Shown one piece after another: positions 8,669-19,021 of a DNA stretch of 54,340 nucleotides; positions within the stretch are counted from its first letter, which is position 1; each line of letters begins with the position of its first letter. Source of the DNA: Deltaproteobacteria bacterium (lineage in GTDB: Bacteria > Desulfobacterota > Deferrimicrobia > Deferrimicrobiales > Deferrimicrobiaceae); contig JANXQJ010000148.1 of assembly GCA_025356865.1 (NCBI GenBank), positions 1 through 54,340 of the forward strand. The letters run 5' to 3'. The notes beneath the pieces are model-generated. The model worked only from the letters and a program-made list of their open reading frames with translations. It had not been told where the DNA came from and ran no database searches. Position numbers and translations under genes: made by a program.

Positions 8669-11024
8669 CCGGAACAGCGATCGGCCCGGCCGGTTCCCGC
8701 CGCCCCTTGCACCCCTTGCGGAGGCAGGCGATGAGGGTCTCGCCGCTCTTGCGCGTGCGCTCGGTCATGGCCGGGAAGCCGCACTCGGGGCACGCCAGGG
8801 CGATCGGCTTGGTCCACGAGGCGAACTTGCAGTCGGGATAGCGCGAGCAGCTGAAGAACATCTTGCCGAACCGGGAAACGCGCTCGACCATGTCGCCGTC
8901 GTGGCACTCGGGGCACTTGACCCCGGTCGGCCACGGCTTGCTGTTGCGGCAGTCGGGATAGCCCGAGCAGGCGATGTAGCGCGCGCCCTTCCAGCGCCGG
9001 ACGATCATCGGCTTGCCGCACTTGTCGCAGTCGACGCCGGCCGCCTCGTCGGGCAGGATCTCGACCTTGCCGTCCAGCGTTTCACGGAAGTTGGCGGTGC
9101 TCTTGCACTCGGGATAATTGCGGCACGCCAGGAAGCGGCCCGCACGCCCGACCCGGATGACCATCTCGCCGCCGCACGCCGTGCAGGGTATGCCCGTCGC
9201 GATCAGCTCGTTCTTGACGTTGGGCATCGCGATGTGGGCTTCGGCGAGTTCTTCCGAGAACGGCTTGTAGAAATCCTCGAGCGTCTGGCGGAATTCGCGC
9301 TCGCCCTCTTCGATCTGGTCGAGTTCTTCTTCCATCAGCGCCGTGAACGACACCGCCATCACGCGGGGGAAACTGCTCTGGAGCAGGTCGGTGACGACGT
9401 TGCCCAGTTCGGTCGGGCGGAAACGGCCCTCCTCGAGCCGGACGTAGAGCCGGTCCTTGATGGTCTTGACGATCGAGGCAAAAGTCGACGGGCGCCCGAT
9501 CCCCTGCTCTTCGAGTTCCTTGATGAGGGAACTCTCGCTGAACCTCGGAGGCGGCTGGGTGAAGTGCTGCGCGGGCAGCAGTTCGGCCAGCTCGAGCCGC
9601 TCGCCCTCGGCAAGCGGGGGGAGTTGGGTGTCGGGGTCTTCCTTGTCGGGGTCGGTCGCGGACGTCGTCGCGTCGGCATCGACCGACTCCTGGTAAACTT
9701 CGAGATAACCCGAAAAGCGGGGCACGGAACCGGTGGCGCGAAACAGGTATCCGCCGGCCGGCGCGCCTGCCGGATCACACAGGATGTCGATCGTGGTCTG
9801 GTCGAACTCGGCGGGCGTCATCTGGGATGCGACGAAGCGCTTCCAGATCAGTTCGTAGAGGCGGAACTGGTCGCGGGACAGGATCGATTTGACCTGCTCG
9901 GGAGCATATTCCATCGAGGTCGGGCGGATCGCTTCGTGGGCATCCTGGGCGCTCTTGCGGTTCTTGTACTGGTTGGGCACCTCGGGCAGGTAGGGCTCGC
10001 CGTAAGTCGCGCGGATGTGGTCGCGCACGGCGAGGAGCGCCTCGTCGGCCACGCGCAGCGAATCGGTTCGCATGTAGGTGATGAGGCCCACCAGGCCCGC
10101 CCCCGGGATGTCGACCCCTTCGTAGAGCGTCTGCGCCACCATCATCGTCTTGTAGGGCTGCATCCGCAGGGAGCGCGAGGCCTCCTGCTGCAGCTTGGAG
10201 GTCGTGAACGGCGGCGGCGCGGAGCGGCGGCGCGTCTTTTTCTTGACCTCCTTCACGGCGAAGGGGCCGTTTTCGACCGCCGCTTTCAGCGCCTGCGTTT
10301 CGTCGCCGGTGCGGGGACGAACCTTCTCGCCCCCCGCTTCGGAAAGCCTGGCCAGGAAGGACGGCGGCAAGGCGCCGCTGAAACGGGCCGTAAGCGACCA
10401 GTATTCCTCGGGAAGGAAGGCGCCGATCTGCTTCTCGCGGTCGCAGACGATCTTGACGGCGACCGACTGCACCCGGCCGGCGGAGAGACCTCGCTGCACC
10501 TTGTTCCAGAGAAGCGGGCTGAGCGTGTAGCCCACGAGGCGGTCCAGGATCCGGCGCGCCTGCTGGGCGTCGAATCGCTGCCGGTCGAGGTCGAGCGGAT
10601 TCGCCATCCCCTGCGTGATCCCTTTTTTCGTGATCTCGTGGAACATGACGCGACGGATCTCGACAGGGGTTTTCGGCTTTGCGGCGTCTTCTTTTTTCTT
10701 GCGGCCCTTCTTCTTCAATGCATCGGCCCGGATCGACTCGGCAATGTGCCAGGCGATCGCCTCACCCTCGCGGTCGGGGTCGGGCGCCAGGTAGACGGTG
10801 GTGACGGTCCGTGCCGCCTCGAGGATGTCCCCGAGCACCTTCTTGCGGTCCTTGATGACGACGTAGGACGGCTCGAAGCCGTTGTCGACATCGACCCCGA
10901 TCCGGCTCTTGGGAAGATCCATCACGTGCCCCATCGAGGAGAGCACCTGAAAGCCGCGCCCCAAGATTTTCTGTATGGTTTTTGCCTTGGCCGGCGATTC
11001 GACCACGACGAGAGACTTGGCCAT
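8652..11024 (-). CDS. topA: DNA topoisomerase I
   Basis: TOPRIM N-terminus MAKSLVVVESPAKAKTIQKILG. Four C-terminal C4 zinc ribbons (CTACGGEM..CRNYPEC; CDKCGKPM..CSGYPDC; CPECHDGD..CSRYPDC; CPECGFPA..). 790 aa. Confidence 0.95.
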   Translation of the reverse strand: MAKSLVVVESPAKAKTIQKILGRGFQVLSSMGHVMDLPKSRIGVDVDNGFEPSYVVIKDRKKVLGDILEAARTVTTVYLAPDPDREGEAIAWHIAESIRADALKKKGRKKKEDAAKPKTPVEIRRVMFHEITKKGITQGMANPLDLDRQRFDAQQARRILDRLVGYTLSPLLWNKVQRGLSAGRVQSVAVKIVCDREKQIGAFLPEEYWSLTARFSGALPPSFLARLSEAGGEKVRPRTGDETQALKAAVENGPFAVKEVKKKTRRRSAPPPFTTSKLQQEASRSLRMQPYKTMMVAQTLYEGVDIPGAGLVGLITYMRTDSLRVADEALLAVRDHIRATYGEPYLPEVPNQYKNRKSAQDAHEAIRPTSMEYAPEQVKSILSRDQFRLYELIWKRFVASQMTPAEFDQTTIDILCDPAGAPAGGYLFRATGSVPRFSGYLEVYQESVDADATTSATDPDKEDPDTQLPPLAEGERLELAELLPAQHFTQPPPRFSESSLIKELEEQGIGRPSTFASIVKTIKDRLYVRLEEGRFRPTELGNVVTDLLQSSFPRVMAVSFTALMEEELDQIEEGEREFRQTLEDFYKPFSEELAEAHIAMPNVKNELIATGIPCTACGGEMVIRVGRAGRFLACRNYPECKSTANFRETLDGKVEILPDEAAGVDCDKCGKPMIVRRWKGARYIACSGYPDCRNSKPWPTGVKCPECHDGDMVERVSRFGKMFFSCSRYPDCKFASWTKPIALACPECGFPAMTERTRKSGETLIACLRKGCKGRREPAGPIAVPDGNAG

Positions 11025-11062
11025 CGTTCCTCCGCACCCGGACTACAGCCGGGGTGACTTGT

Positions 11063-12118
11063 TCAAACGGACACCTTTATATAATAATTGCCCGGTTTTT
11101 TCGCGATCAAATTCGCCTGCGTCATCCGGAGCAGGAGCGGGAGCAGTTCGGGAGGCGGCATCCGGAGCCCGCCGGCGATCTCGTCGACGTGTCGCGACTT
11201 GCGGAGGAAACGGAGCACCCGGCCCTCGGGCGAGGCCGGGTCGGGCCCCGGGTTTCCGCCCAGGGCAAGCATCACGTCGCCCGCGCAGGTCACGAACCCC
11301 GCGCCATCCCGGAGCAACCGGTTGCTCCCCGCCGTATGCGGATAAAACGGGGTCCCGGGGACCGCAAGCACCTCGCGCCCCTGCTCGACCGCGGCCCGGG
11401 CCGTGATGAGGGCGCCGCTCCGGAGCGGTGCCTCGGCCACCACGGTCGCCAGGCACATCCCGCTGACGATGCGGTTGCGGGCGGGAAATCGCCAGGAGAG
11501 CGGACAGCTGCCGGGGGCGTATTCGGAGACGATCGCGCCCCGGTCGACGATCCGCTCCCGCAACCGGCCCGACTCGGGCGGATAGACGACATCGACGCCA
11601 CACCCGAGCACGGCGACCGTCATGCCGCCCCCCTCGAGCGCGCCTTCGTGCGCCGCCGTGTCGATCCCGCGCGCCATCCCGCTGACCACCGTCAGGCCTC
11701 CGGCCGCAAGATCGCCCGAGAGTTCCCTGGCAAACCCTTTCCCGGCCGGTGTCGGGGCCCGGCTTCCGACGACGGCCACCCCGTTTTCGCCGTTCCACCT
11801 TTTCCCGAGCCAGAACAGGAGGAGCGGGGCATCGGGGATCGACCCGAGAAGACGGGGATATTCGGGCGAGCCGGCCGGAATGATCCGGATGCCGCCCGTT
11901 TCGCATTTTTCACGGGTGCGATCGGCCTGCTCCCCCGCAAATCGGGAAACCGCCGCCTCATACCCTTTTTCGAGGACACCCGCCGGCGGAGGCCCGGCAT
12001 CGGCACCCGGGAGCGACCGCGGCGCTCCGCAACCCAAGCGCCGGAGGTGACGGACCGTGAACCCTTCGATCGTGGAGAGGCGGAGCAGCAGGTCCAGTGC
12101 CGGTGATGCGTTCGTCAC
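11063..12118 (-). CDS. dprA: DNA-processing protein DprA (Smf)
   Basis: GMARGIDTAAHEGALEGGGMTVAVLGCGVDVVYPPE Rossmann-like core, with the conserved dprA-topA order. The GTG at 12116-12118 is preceded by GGAGGA. The track start at 12139 is a TTG lying directly against a hairpin. Confidence 0.9.
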   Translation of the reverse strand: MTNASPALDLLLRLSTIEGFTVRHLRRLGCGAPRSLPGADAGPPPAGVLEKGYEAAVSRFAGEQADRTREKCETGGIRIIPAGSPEYPRLLGSIPDAPLLLFWLGKRWNGENGVAVVGSRAPTPAGKGFARELSGDLAAGGLTVVSGMARGIDTAAHEGALEGGGMTVAVLGCGVDVVYPPESGRLRERIVDRGAIVSEYAPGSCPLSWRFPARNRIVSGMCLATVVAEAPLRSGALITARAAVEQGREVLAVPGTPFYPHTAGSNRLLRDGAGFVTCAGDVMLALGGNPGPDPASPEGRVLRFLRKSRHVDEIAGGLRMPPPELLPLLLRMTQANLIAKKPGNYYIKVSV

Positions 12119-12143
12119 GAGGTTTCCTCCGGGAACCAAATGA

Positions 12144-12175
12144 AATGCGCCGGCCCGAGCAGGGACCGGCGCATT
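12144..12175 (-). terminator. Hairpin downstream of the LysM gene (possible attenuator or terminator)
   Basis: 10-bp perfect stem aatgcgccgg/ccggcgcatt with a 12-nt loop. On the minus strand it is followed by TCATTTGGTT, only a weakly T-rich tail. Confidence 0.35.
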
Positions 12176-12232
12176 GTTCCCATCAAACCCCGTGCCTGCG
12201 TTGCGTGGTTCCCCGCGCAGGCCTCGACCCGG

Positions 12233-13360
12233 CTACCGGGCCAGGCCGCGAACTGCCGTGACCCCGGACGGAAAAGACTGCCGCCCCTCGACGACGAAGG
12301 CCGTCGCGAAAGTCGAAGACGTGCGGAGCACGACTGCGCGCGCCACCTCGATGCGGGGAGCGACTTCCTGGGTTACTTCGTCCATCTTTCCGGAGTCCTC
12401 GCTGAAGATCCGGAAGACGTTGCCGACCGCAACGCCCGACTTGTCGCCCTTGTCGAGATAGACGAAATCACCGGTTGCCATTTCGCGATTTTCACGGCGC
12501 CCCGTGATGACGACGGTCTTGAGATCATCGGCGCCCGGGTTGATCGTCACCGGGGTGTATGCGGGGATCTCGTCGGTGATCAAATCCGCCACGACGATAT
12601 CCTCGAACGAAAACCGGACCTTTCCGGTCGTGACGCCGTCTTCGGTTCCGGTCACCTGGATGACGCCGATCAGATATTTCACGAACCCCGTGAACGGCCT
12701 GGCCGAAGGGATCGTGACCGGCCCCCGCACCCGGTAGACGCCGAGCAACTGCCCGTCCGGAAGCGGCAATTTCATCGTGAGAAAAACCTTGTCGCCCTCG
12801 GAGAAGGCCTGCCGGTGCACCTCGCCGCCCCGGATCGTGGCAATCGCCTTGGGGAGGGACCGCATGAACTCGCCCGAACGCACGAAATCGGACGGCTTGA
12901 TGTCGAGCGTGCGGGGACCGGACGCGACGGCCGGACGGGCCGCCTTTTTTACTACGACCGGAGCCTGGGTCGGAAGCGGTTCGGGTTCGGCGACCGGAAC
13001 CGGAGCGGGATTCTGGGCGCTCGCGACCGGAACCGGACGAGGCGCCTCACCCGCCATCGGATAATCGCGGGTCGGCGGCGGAAAGATCGTGACCTCCGTG
13101 CCCGGATAGACGAAGTGCGGATTGGTCAGGAAGCGGTTGCGCTCCCACAACTCGACCCACTTCCATGGCGATCCGAGATATTTCCCGGCCAGGCCCCACA
13201 ACGTATCGCCGGCCGCAACCTTGTACCGCAGGCCGTCGGGCCAGGCAGCGGCTCCCTTCGGAGCATCCGACCCGCCCTCGGCGGCGGCATGGAGCGCCCC
13301 CGGAAGGACGCCAGCGCCCAGAACGGCGCAAAACGCCAGAACTGCAATCCGTCTATTCAT
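12233..13360 (-). CDS. Secreted LysM-domain peptidoglycan-binding protein
   Basis: Signal peptide MNRRIAVLAFCAVLGAGVLPGALHA. LysM motif YKVAAGDTLWGLAGKYLGSPWKWVELWERN...VYPGTEV. GAGGTG lies upstream of the ATG at 13358-13360. Confidence 0.8.
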   Translation of the reverse strand: MNRRIAVLAFCAVLGAGVLPGALHAAAEGGSDAPKGAAAWPDGLRYKVAAGDTLWGLAGKYLGSPWKWVELWERNRFLTNPHFVYPGTEVTIFPPPTRDYPMAGEAPRPVPVASAQNPAPVPVAEPEPLPTQAPVVVKKAARPAVASGPRTLDIKPSDFVRSGEFMRSLPKAIATIRGGEVHRQAFSEGDKVFLTMKLPLPDGQLLGVYRVRGPVTIPSARPFTGFVKYLIGVIQVTGTEDGVTTGKVRFSFEDIVVADLITDEIPAYTPVTINPGADDLKTVVITGRRENREMATGDFVYLDKGDKSGVAVGNVFRIFSEDSGKMDEVTQEVAPRIEVARAVVLRTSSTFATAFVVEGRQSFPSGVTAVRGLAR

Positions 13361-13394
13361 GCCATGCACCTCGCTTGGACGCTCTTAATAAGAA

Positions 13395-13423
13395 AAACTA
13401 CCTTTCGACCCCGGGGAAGTCAA
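13395..13423 (-). promoter_or_regulatory. Candidate sigma70-type promoter for the LysM gene
   Basis: The minus strand reads TTGACT-N17-TAGTTT in the 150-bp intergenic region. Confidence 0.3.
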
Positions 13424-13520
13424 GGAACTCGAACACTGGGCACGTCTCCTCACCGGCAAGATATCCGAAAACATCCAATCCGAAAAGGCGACCGGTGGGA
13501 CAAACTGATTGAATCCAACC

Positions 13521-15416
13521 CTATAGTACGGGCAATTCCGCCAGCCGGATCGCCCCGTCTGCCTTAAGAAGTTTCATGGTCCCCACGAGTTCCCGGACCT
13601 TGGACGTATCCTTTTCGTTCAGCGTCATGTACCCGTAACCCTTCCGAAGCCTGGACAATTCCGGGCCGTTGATCAGCACGTGAGTGATCCCTTCCCGCCT
13701 GAGGCGCGCCGCGAGGGCGGCTCCGTCGGTGCTTTCCGCCACCCAACGGGCGAGGCGGGGGGCGTCGTATGCGGATGCAAACAGGACACGCCGTTCGAAG
13801 TAGAGGGGTCTTGTCTCTCCCACGAAGAGGATCACCGCCTCCTTGGGGATGTGACCGTTTGCCCACCGTGCCATGGAGGTATAGGGAAGAACGGCATTCA
13901 GGTATTCGTCCCTTGAAGAGGCCCCCGAGAGCAGGGAGGCGAGTTCCCCTCCCGGGTTATAGAGGGCTCTTTCCACGAGAGCGAATCGATAGATATTGAC
14001 GGAGGCTCCCCCAAGCAGAAGCACCCCGGCAACGATGCGCCACTGGCGTCCGCGCGCCGAAAGTGCAGAGAGAGCGGCGCCTCCGGCGACGGCCGCGGCC
14101 GGAAATACCGGGTAAAGATATCGCGTCGCCTTAGGCCCCGTTCCCCATAACAGGAGGAACAGGAACGATGCGACGGCAAGAGGTTTCCACTGTCGCCGGC
14201 CGATTCCCAGCACCGCAAGCGTGAGAAAACCGATCGGAAGGAGGATGCCCGGATCACCCCCCGCGCCAAGCCTGCCGGAAAGCAGCGCACTCAGCAGCGC
14301 CCCTCCTTGGGAAATACTGAAATGAGGGAGATCGCGGGCGATCCGGTCCAGGGCATAGGAACCGGCTGCGCTTCCGCCGAAGAGGCCGGGAAAAGCGGGA
14401 TAGACCGGGTTCCCGTAGACCAGCAGGTTGCGCACGTACCACGGCGAAGCAAGGAGCAATGCCGGACAGGCCATGGCTGCAGTATTTTTGCACCGTTCCC
14501 GGAAAGAGATCGTGGAGGGACCGCTCAGTACCAGCGGCACCAAAGCCGCAACGAGGTAGAGGCCGGTGTACTTGGAGCCGGCCAGCAGCGCCAACGGGAA
14601 AGCGGCGAGGATCAACGGACGCCACCCCTCCCCCTGCGCAGACTCGCGGCTTTCGACGAAACCTGCCAGTGCCATGGCGCCCGCGAAAGCCATTCCGACG
14701 TCCACGGATGACAGGGTCGCCATGATGGCCACTCCGGGCACACAAGCCAGTATCGCAACCGCAGGCCATGAATCTCCGTTGTCGGTTCGGCCTGCGAAAA
14801 TTCCTGCCAGTTCGGCCGTTGCGGCCAAGGCAAGCATCAAAAGAAGAAGACCAAGCCCCTTTGCGGCTGCGACTCCACCGAGGGCCAACGCAGCGCCGAA
14901 AACCAGATCGATGGTGGCCGGGAAGGAAGCGTGCACCACATCCGGCAGAGATGGGATCCACCCCGTAAGCAGATACTGGGACGGGAGTCCGAGGTGGTAA
15001 TAAAGTGCGTCATAGAAAATTTCAGGCGCGAGAACAGCCGGAAGGAGGACGAACACCGAAGCGAACGTCACACCCGCAGCGGGAAGATCCGCGATTGCGC
15101 CTTGGAGACTTTCCTTGATTCCCCGCCGGATTTCCGAAAACGCCGTCCTGCTGCGAACGGCTGACAGGGGACCGGCCAACAGCAGGAGTGCGCAGGTGGT
15201 CGGCGTGTAAAATCCTGCGAAGCCTGAAAGCGCGAGGGCGGTTCCGTATAGCGTCAATCCGATAGAGACTCCCCACAACCAGGTGGAGCGCCGGTTCGTG
15301 CAGTCGGGACGAATCTTCCTGGCCACGGGGAGCCCCAAGAGAGTCAGTGACAGGAAAGCCCCGAACAGGGCTATGCCCTTCAGAAGGAAAGCACCGTATG
15401 TTTCCAAAAACACCAT
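13521..15416 (-). CDS. Large polytopic membrane protein, GT-C-fold glycosyltransferase-like (ArnT/PMT-like) with C-terminal soluble domain
   Basis: At least 12 hydrophobic helices. The first-loop acidic/aromatic motif EIFYDALYYHLG resembles GT-C loop motifs. There is a ~150-aa non-membrane C-terminus. The family call is by architecture only. Confidence 0.55.
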   Translation of the reverse strand: MVFLETYGAFLLKGIALFGAFLSLTLLGLPVARKIRPDCTNRRSTWLWGVSIGLTLYGTALALSGFAGFYTPTTCALLLLAGPLSAVRSRTAFSEIRRGIKESLQGAIADLPAAGVTFASVFVLLPAVLAPEIFYDALYYHLGLPSQYLLTGWIPSLPDVVHASFPATIDLVFGAALALGGVAAAKGLGLLLLMLALAATAELAGIFAGRTDNGDSWPAVAILACVPGVAIMATLSSVDVGMAFAGAMALAGFVESRESAQGEGWRPLILAAFPLALLAGSKYTGLYLVAALVPLVLSGPSTISFRERCKNTAAMACPALLLASPWYVRNLLVYGNPVYPAFPGLFGGSAAGSYALDRIARDLPHFSISQGGALLSALLSGRLGAGGDPGILLPIGFLTLAVLGIGRRQWKPLAVASFLFLLLWGTGPKATRYLYPVFPAAAVAGGAALSALSARGRQWRIVAGVLLLGGASVNIYRFALVERALYNPGGELASLLSGASSRDEYLNAVLPYTSMARWANGHIPKEAVILFVGETRPLYFERRVLFASAYDAPRLARWVAESTDGAALAARLRREGITHVLINGPELSRLRKGYGYMTLNEKDTSKVRELVGTMKLLKADGAIRLAELPVL

Positions 15417-15424
15417 CTTTTCGA

Positions 15425-16261
15425 TTATATCGCTTCCAGTGCCGGGTCTGGCGGGCGAACGACTTCGAGCAGGATGAACACTTCCCGGTTCCCTTTCGGA
15501 CCCGCCAGACGGCTTTCCGCCTGCCCCAGAAGGCGGAAGCCGTGCCCTTCGGCGAAGGACGCGATCCCTTCGACCGCGAGCAGGCGAATCGCGTCGTCCC
15601 GGACGACGCCGCCCTTGCCGACCCCATCCCGGCCCACTTCGAACTGGGGCTTCACCATCGCCAGCACCCTGGCGCCGGGGGCGAGCAGCGCCTCGAGCGG
15701 AACGAGAATGTGGCGCAGGGAAATGAACGAGACGTCGACGGTGGCGAGCGTCGCCTTTTCGGGCAGCAACTCCGGCGTCGCATGCCGGAAGTTGACCCGC
15801 TCGATGACGTTTACCCGCGGGTCGGTCCGGAGGCGCTCGTCGATGAGCCGTTCACCGACGTCGACCGCGTAGACGCGAGCCGCGCCCCGGCGGAGGAGAC
15901 AATCGGTGAATCCCCCTGTCGAGGCGCCGACATCGAGCGCGACGGCACCCTGGACGGAAACCCCGAGGTCTTCGATCGCACCGTCGAGTTTCTCCCCGCC
16001 GCGCGAGACGAAGGGGCGGCCGGCATCCTTGAGGGAGATCGACTGACTCTCCCGGACGGTAGTTCCGCACTTGTCGACGGGGACGCCGTCCACCAGCACG
16101 ATGCCGGACAGGATCAGCGCCTGCGCCTTCGCACGCGTTTCGGCAAGGGCACGGTCCACGAGCGCCACGTCGAGCCGGCCGCGGGCGGCCTTGGGGCGGG
16201 AATGGGAAGCGTGATTTTCTCCCGGGGAGGGAGAATCCTGCACTTTCACGGCTTGCCGCAC
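15425..16261 (-). CDS. tlyA: TlyA-family rRNA 2'-O-methyltransferase (S4 + FtsJ-like domains)
   Basis: RLDVALVDRALAETRAKAQALILSGIVLVDG (S4 domain) and LDVGASTGGFTDCLLRRGAARVYAVDVG (SAM-binding motif). The exact start is uncertain; it overlaps the dxs stop. Confidence 0.85.
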   Translation of the reverse strand: MRQAVKVQDSPSPGENHASHSRPKAARGRLDVALVDRALAETRAKAQALILSGIVLVDGVPVDKCGTTVRESQSISLKDAGRPFVSRGGEKLDGAIEDLGVSVQGAVALDVGASTGGFTDCLLRRGAARVYAVDVGERLIDERLRTDPRVNVIERVNFRHATPELLPEKATLATVDVSFISLRHILVPLEALLAPGARVLAMVKPQFEVGRDGVGKGGVVRDDAIRLLAVEGIASFAEGHGFRLLGQAESRLAGPKGNREVFILLEVVRPPDPALEAI

Positions 16262-18120
16262 ATCCGGGCCGCCTCGTCGGCGATCGAGTCGCCGTCGAGC
16301 CCGAGCGCCGCGCGAAGCTCGGCGGGGCTGCCGTGCTCGACGAATGCGTCACGAACGCCCAGCCGCCGGAATTGTGCGGGGAAGGCGCCAGCCCCTTCGA
16401 ACGATTCGAGGAGGGATGCCCCGAACCCGCCCGAGAGCACGTTTTCCTCGACCGTCAGGACCCGGCCGATCCTGAGCGCCAGCGGGAGGATCAGGCCGAT
16501 GTCGAGCGGCTTGATGAAACGGGCATTGACCACGGCGGCCGAGATGCCGCGCTGCGCCAGCCGATCGGCTGCGTAGAGGGCGGGGAGCACCGAGGCGCCG
16601 ACCGCGACGATCAGGATGTCCTTGCCGTCGACCGCTAGTTCGCCCTTGCCCCACGGCAGGCGCATCGGTTCCGGTGGTTTCGGCTTGCCCGACCCGGATC
16701 CGCGGGGAAATCGGATGGCGACCGGCCCACCGGAAGCGACCGCCGCGCGGAGCATCGCGGGCAGTTCGTGTTCGTCTCCCGGCGCCATGATGGTCAGGTT
16801 GGGAATGTGGCCGAGGAAGGAGAGGTCGAAGAGCCCTTGATGCGTGGCCCCGTCGGCACCGACGAAACCGGCCCGGTCGACCGCGAAAACCACCGGCAGT
16901 TTCTGCAGGCAGACGTCGTGTATGACCTGGTCGTAGGCGCGCTGAAGGAACGTCGAGTAGATCGCGACGATCGGGACCTTCCCCTCGCGGGCCAGGCCCG
17001 CGGCGAAGGTGACGGCGTGCCCCTCGGCGATTCCCACGTCGAAGAACCGGTCGGGGAAGGCATCGCGGAAAGCATTCAGTCCGGTGCCGCTGCACATGGC
17101 GGCCGTGATCGCCACGACGTCGGGATTGCCGCGCGCGATCTCGACGATCGCCTCGCCGAACACGTCGGTGTAGGAGGGAACCGTCTCTTTCTTCGCCCCT
17201 TCGCCCGTGTCCGGATCGAATACGCCGACGCCGTGGAAATATTCGGGGTTCTCTTCGGCCGGGGCGAATCCCTTTCCCTTGGAGGTCACGACGTGGACCA
17301 GCAGCGGCCCCTCGAGGTTTTCGAGGTTCTCGAACGTGCTCAGCAGGTCGTCGAAGCTGTGCCCGGGTATGGGACCGACATAGGTGAAGCCCAGTTCCTC
17401 GAACAGCAACCCCGGGACGATGAACCCCTTGGCCAGTTCCTCGGCCTTCTTGCCGATTCGGGCCATGAGCTGCCCGTGCGGCAGCGACTTGAGGAATGTC
17501 TCGACCCGGCGGCGGAGCGAGGTGTAGAACCGGCCCGTCATGATCCGGTTCAGGTATCCGGAAAGCGCCCCCACGTTCTGCGAGATCGACCACTCGTTGT
17601 CGTTGAGCACGACGATCAGGTTGCGATCGAGGTGCCCCGCGTGGTTCAGCCCCTCGAATGCCAGGCCGGACGAGAGCGAACCATCTCCGATGACTGCGAT
17701 CACCTTGTTGCTTTTTCCGGAGAGGTCGCGCGCCGCAGCCATTCCGAGCGCGGCCGAAATCGAGGTGCCCGAGTGGCCGACTCCGAAGGCGTCGTGCCCG
17801 CTTTCGCAGATGCGCGGAAATCCGGAGATGCCGCCGAGCGTGCGGAGCGTGGGAAAGGCATCCCGCCGCCCGGTCAGGATCTTGTGGGCATAGGCCTGGT
17901 GCCCGACGTCCCAGACGATCCGGTCTGAAGGACTGTCGAACAGGTAGTGAAGGGCCAGGGTGAGTTCGACGACGCCCAGGCTGGACGCCAGGTGCCCCCC
18001 CGTGCGGGAAACGGTCCGGACGATCTCGTCACGCAACTCGGCGGCGACCTCGGGCAGTTTTTCACGAGGCACCTTGCGGAGATCTTCGGGCGAGCCGATT
18101 CCGTCGAGCCAGCGGATCAT
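16246..18120 (-). CDS. dxs: 1-deoxy-D-xylulose-5-phosphate synthase
   Basis: GGHLASSLGVVELTLALHYLF, ThDP motif GDGSLSSGLAFEGLNHAG. 624 aa, with the conserved xseB-ispA-dxs context. Confidence 0.95.
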   Translation of the reverse strand: MIRWLDGIGSPEDLRKVPREKLPEVAAELRDEIVRTVSRTGGHLASSLGVVELTLALHYLFDSPSDRIVWDVGHQAYAHKILTGRRDAFPTLRTLGGISGFPRICESGHDAFGVGHSGTSISAALGMAAARDLSGKSNKVIAVIGDGSLSSGLAFEGLNHAGHLDRNLIVVLNDNEWSISQNVGALSGYLNRIMTGRFYTSLRRRVETFLKSLPHGQLMARIGKKAEELAKGFIVPGLLFEELGFTYVGPIPGHSFDDLLSTFENLENLEGPLLVHVVTSKGKGFAPAEENPEYFHGVGVFDPDTGEGAKKETVPSYTDVFGEAIVEIARGNPDVVAITAAMCSGTGLNAFRDAFPDRFFDVGIAEGHAVTFAAGLAREGKVPIVAIYSTFLQRAYDQVIHDVCLQKLPVVFAVDRAGFVGADGATHQGLFDLSFLGHIPNLTIMAPGDEHELPAMLRAAVASGGPVAIRFPRGSGSGKPKPPEPMRLPWGKGELAVDGKDILIVAVGASVLPALYAADRLAQRGISAAVVNARFIKPLDIGLILPLALRIGRVLTVEENVLSGGFGASLLESFEGAGAFPAQFRRLGVRDAFVEHGSPAELRAALGLDGDSIADEAARMCGKP

Positions 18121-18127
18121 GGCCGTT

Positions 18128-19021
18128 TCATCCCCTCCTCACGGATACCACGCGAACGATTTCACGCAGGGCCTCCGCCTCGGGACCGAATGCGACCAAC
18201 CCGGCCAGCGCCTCGTCCCTCAACGAACCGGCGCGGGCGACCGAGGCATCGATCCCGTAGACCACGGGCCAGGTCGCCTTCCCCCTGCCGCGATCCTTGG
18301 CGACCGCCTTCCCCATTTCCTCGAAACTTCCCGTTTCGTCGAGGATGTCGTCAGTGACCTGGAAAAGCAGTCCGAGCGCCCGCCCGTAGCCGCACATCCG
18401 GTCGATCGCCTCTTCGGAAGCCCCGCCGAGGATCGCGCCCATCCCCGCGGCCGCGCTGAAGAGTGCGGCCGTCTTCCCTTCGTGGATCGCCCGGACATCC
18501 GCCTCGCCCGGACGCGTCCGCTCGGCATCCACGTCGAGTTGCTGGCCGCCCACCATGCCCGACGCGCCGGCTGCGCGCGCCAGCATCGAAAGCGCCCGAA
18601 GCGCCCTTCCGGGCTCGCGTCCGGCCAGCGCCGACTCGCCCATCGCCCGGAACGCCTCGGTCAGCAGCGCGTCGCCCGCCAGGATCGCGGTGGCCTCGTC
18701 GAATGCCTTGTGGCAGGTGGGGCGCCCCCGACGGAAATCGTCGTCGTCCATCGCCGGCAGGTCGTCGTGGATGAGCGAATAGGTGTGGATGTATTCGATG
18801 GCGCAGGCGAACGGGAGTGTGGCCTCCTCATCGCCACCCGACAGCGCAACCGCGGAGAGCAGGACGACCGGGCGCATCCGTTTGCCGCCCGCGGTCAGGG
18901 AATATTCGACCGCCTTGCGAAGCCTGTCGGGCATCGCGCAGACACCGTGCCCGAGAAACAGGGGAAGCGCCGCATCGACCCGCTCCCTCCGCTTCGAAAG
19001 CTCGGCGGAAACGTCACCCAC
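18128..19021 (-). CDS. ispA: (2E,6E)-farnesyl diphosphate synthase / polyprenyl synthetase
   Basis: First Asp-rich motif LIHDDLPAMDDDDFRRGRPT and second motif FQVTDDILD. The start is uncertain: GTG at 19021 or 19027, and the track start 19075 would overlap xseB by 60 nt. Confidence 0.9.
   Translation of the reverse strand: MGDVSAELSKRRERVDAALPLFLGHGVCAMPDRLRKAVEYSLTAGGKRMRPVVLLSAVALSGGDEEATLPFACAIEYIHTYSLIHDDLPAMDDDDFRRGRPTCHKAFDEATAILAGDALLTEAFRAMGESALAGREPGRALRALSMLARAAGASGMVGGQQLDVDAERTRPGEADVRAIHEGKTAALFSAAAGMGAILGGASEEAIDRMCGYGRALGLLFQVTDDILDETGSFEEMGKAVAKDRGRGKATWPVVYGIDASVARAGSLRDEALAGLVAFGPEAEALREIVRVVSVRRG

Noticed and set aside
8538-11057. 839-aa plus-strand ORF
   Set aside because: It is exactly antisense to topA, whose translation has unmistakable TOPRIM and zinc-ribbon motifs. 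The plus-strand product is Arg/Gly/Ala/Asp-rich with no motif. This is a typical high-GC antisense open frame.
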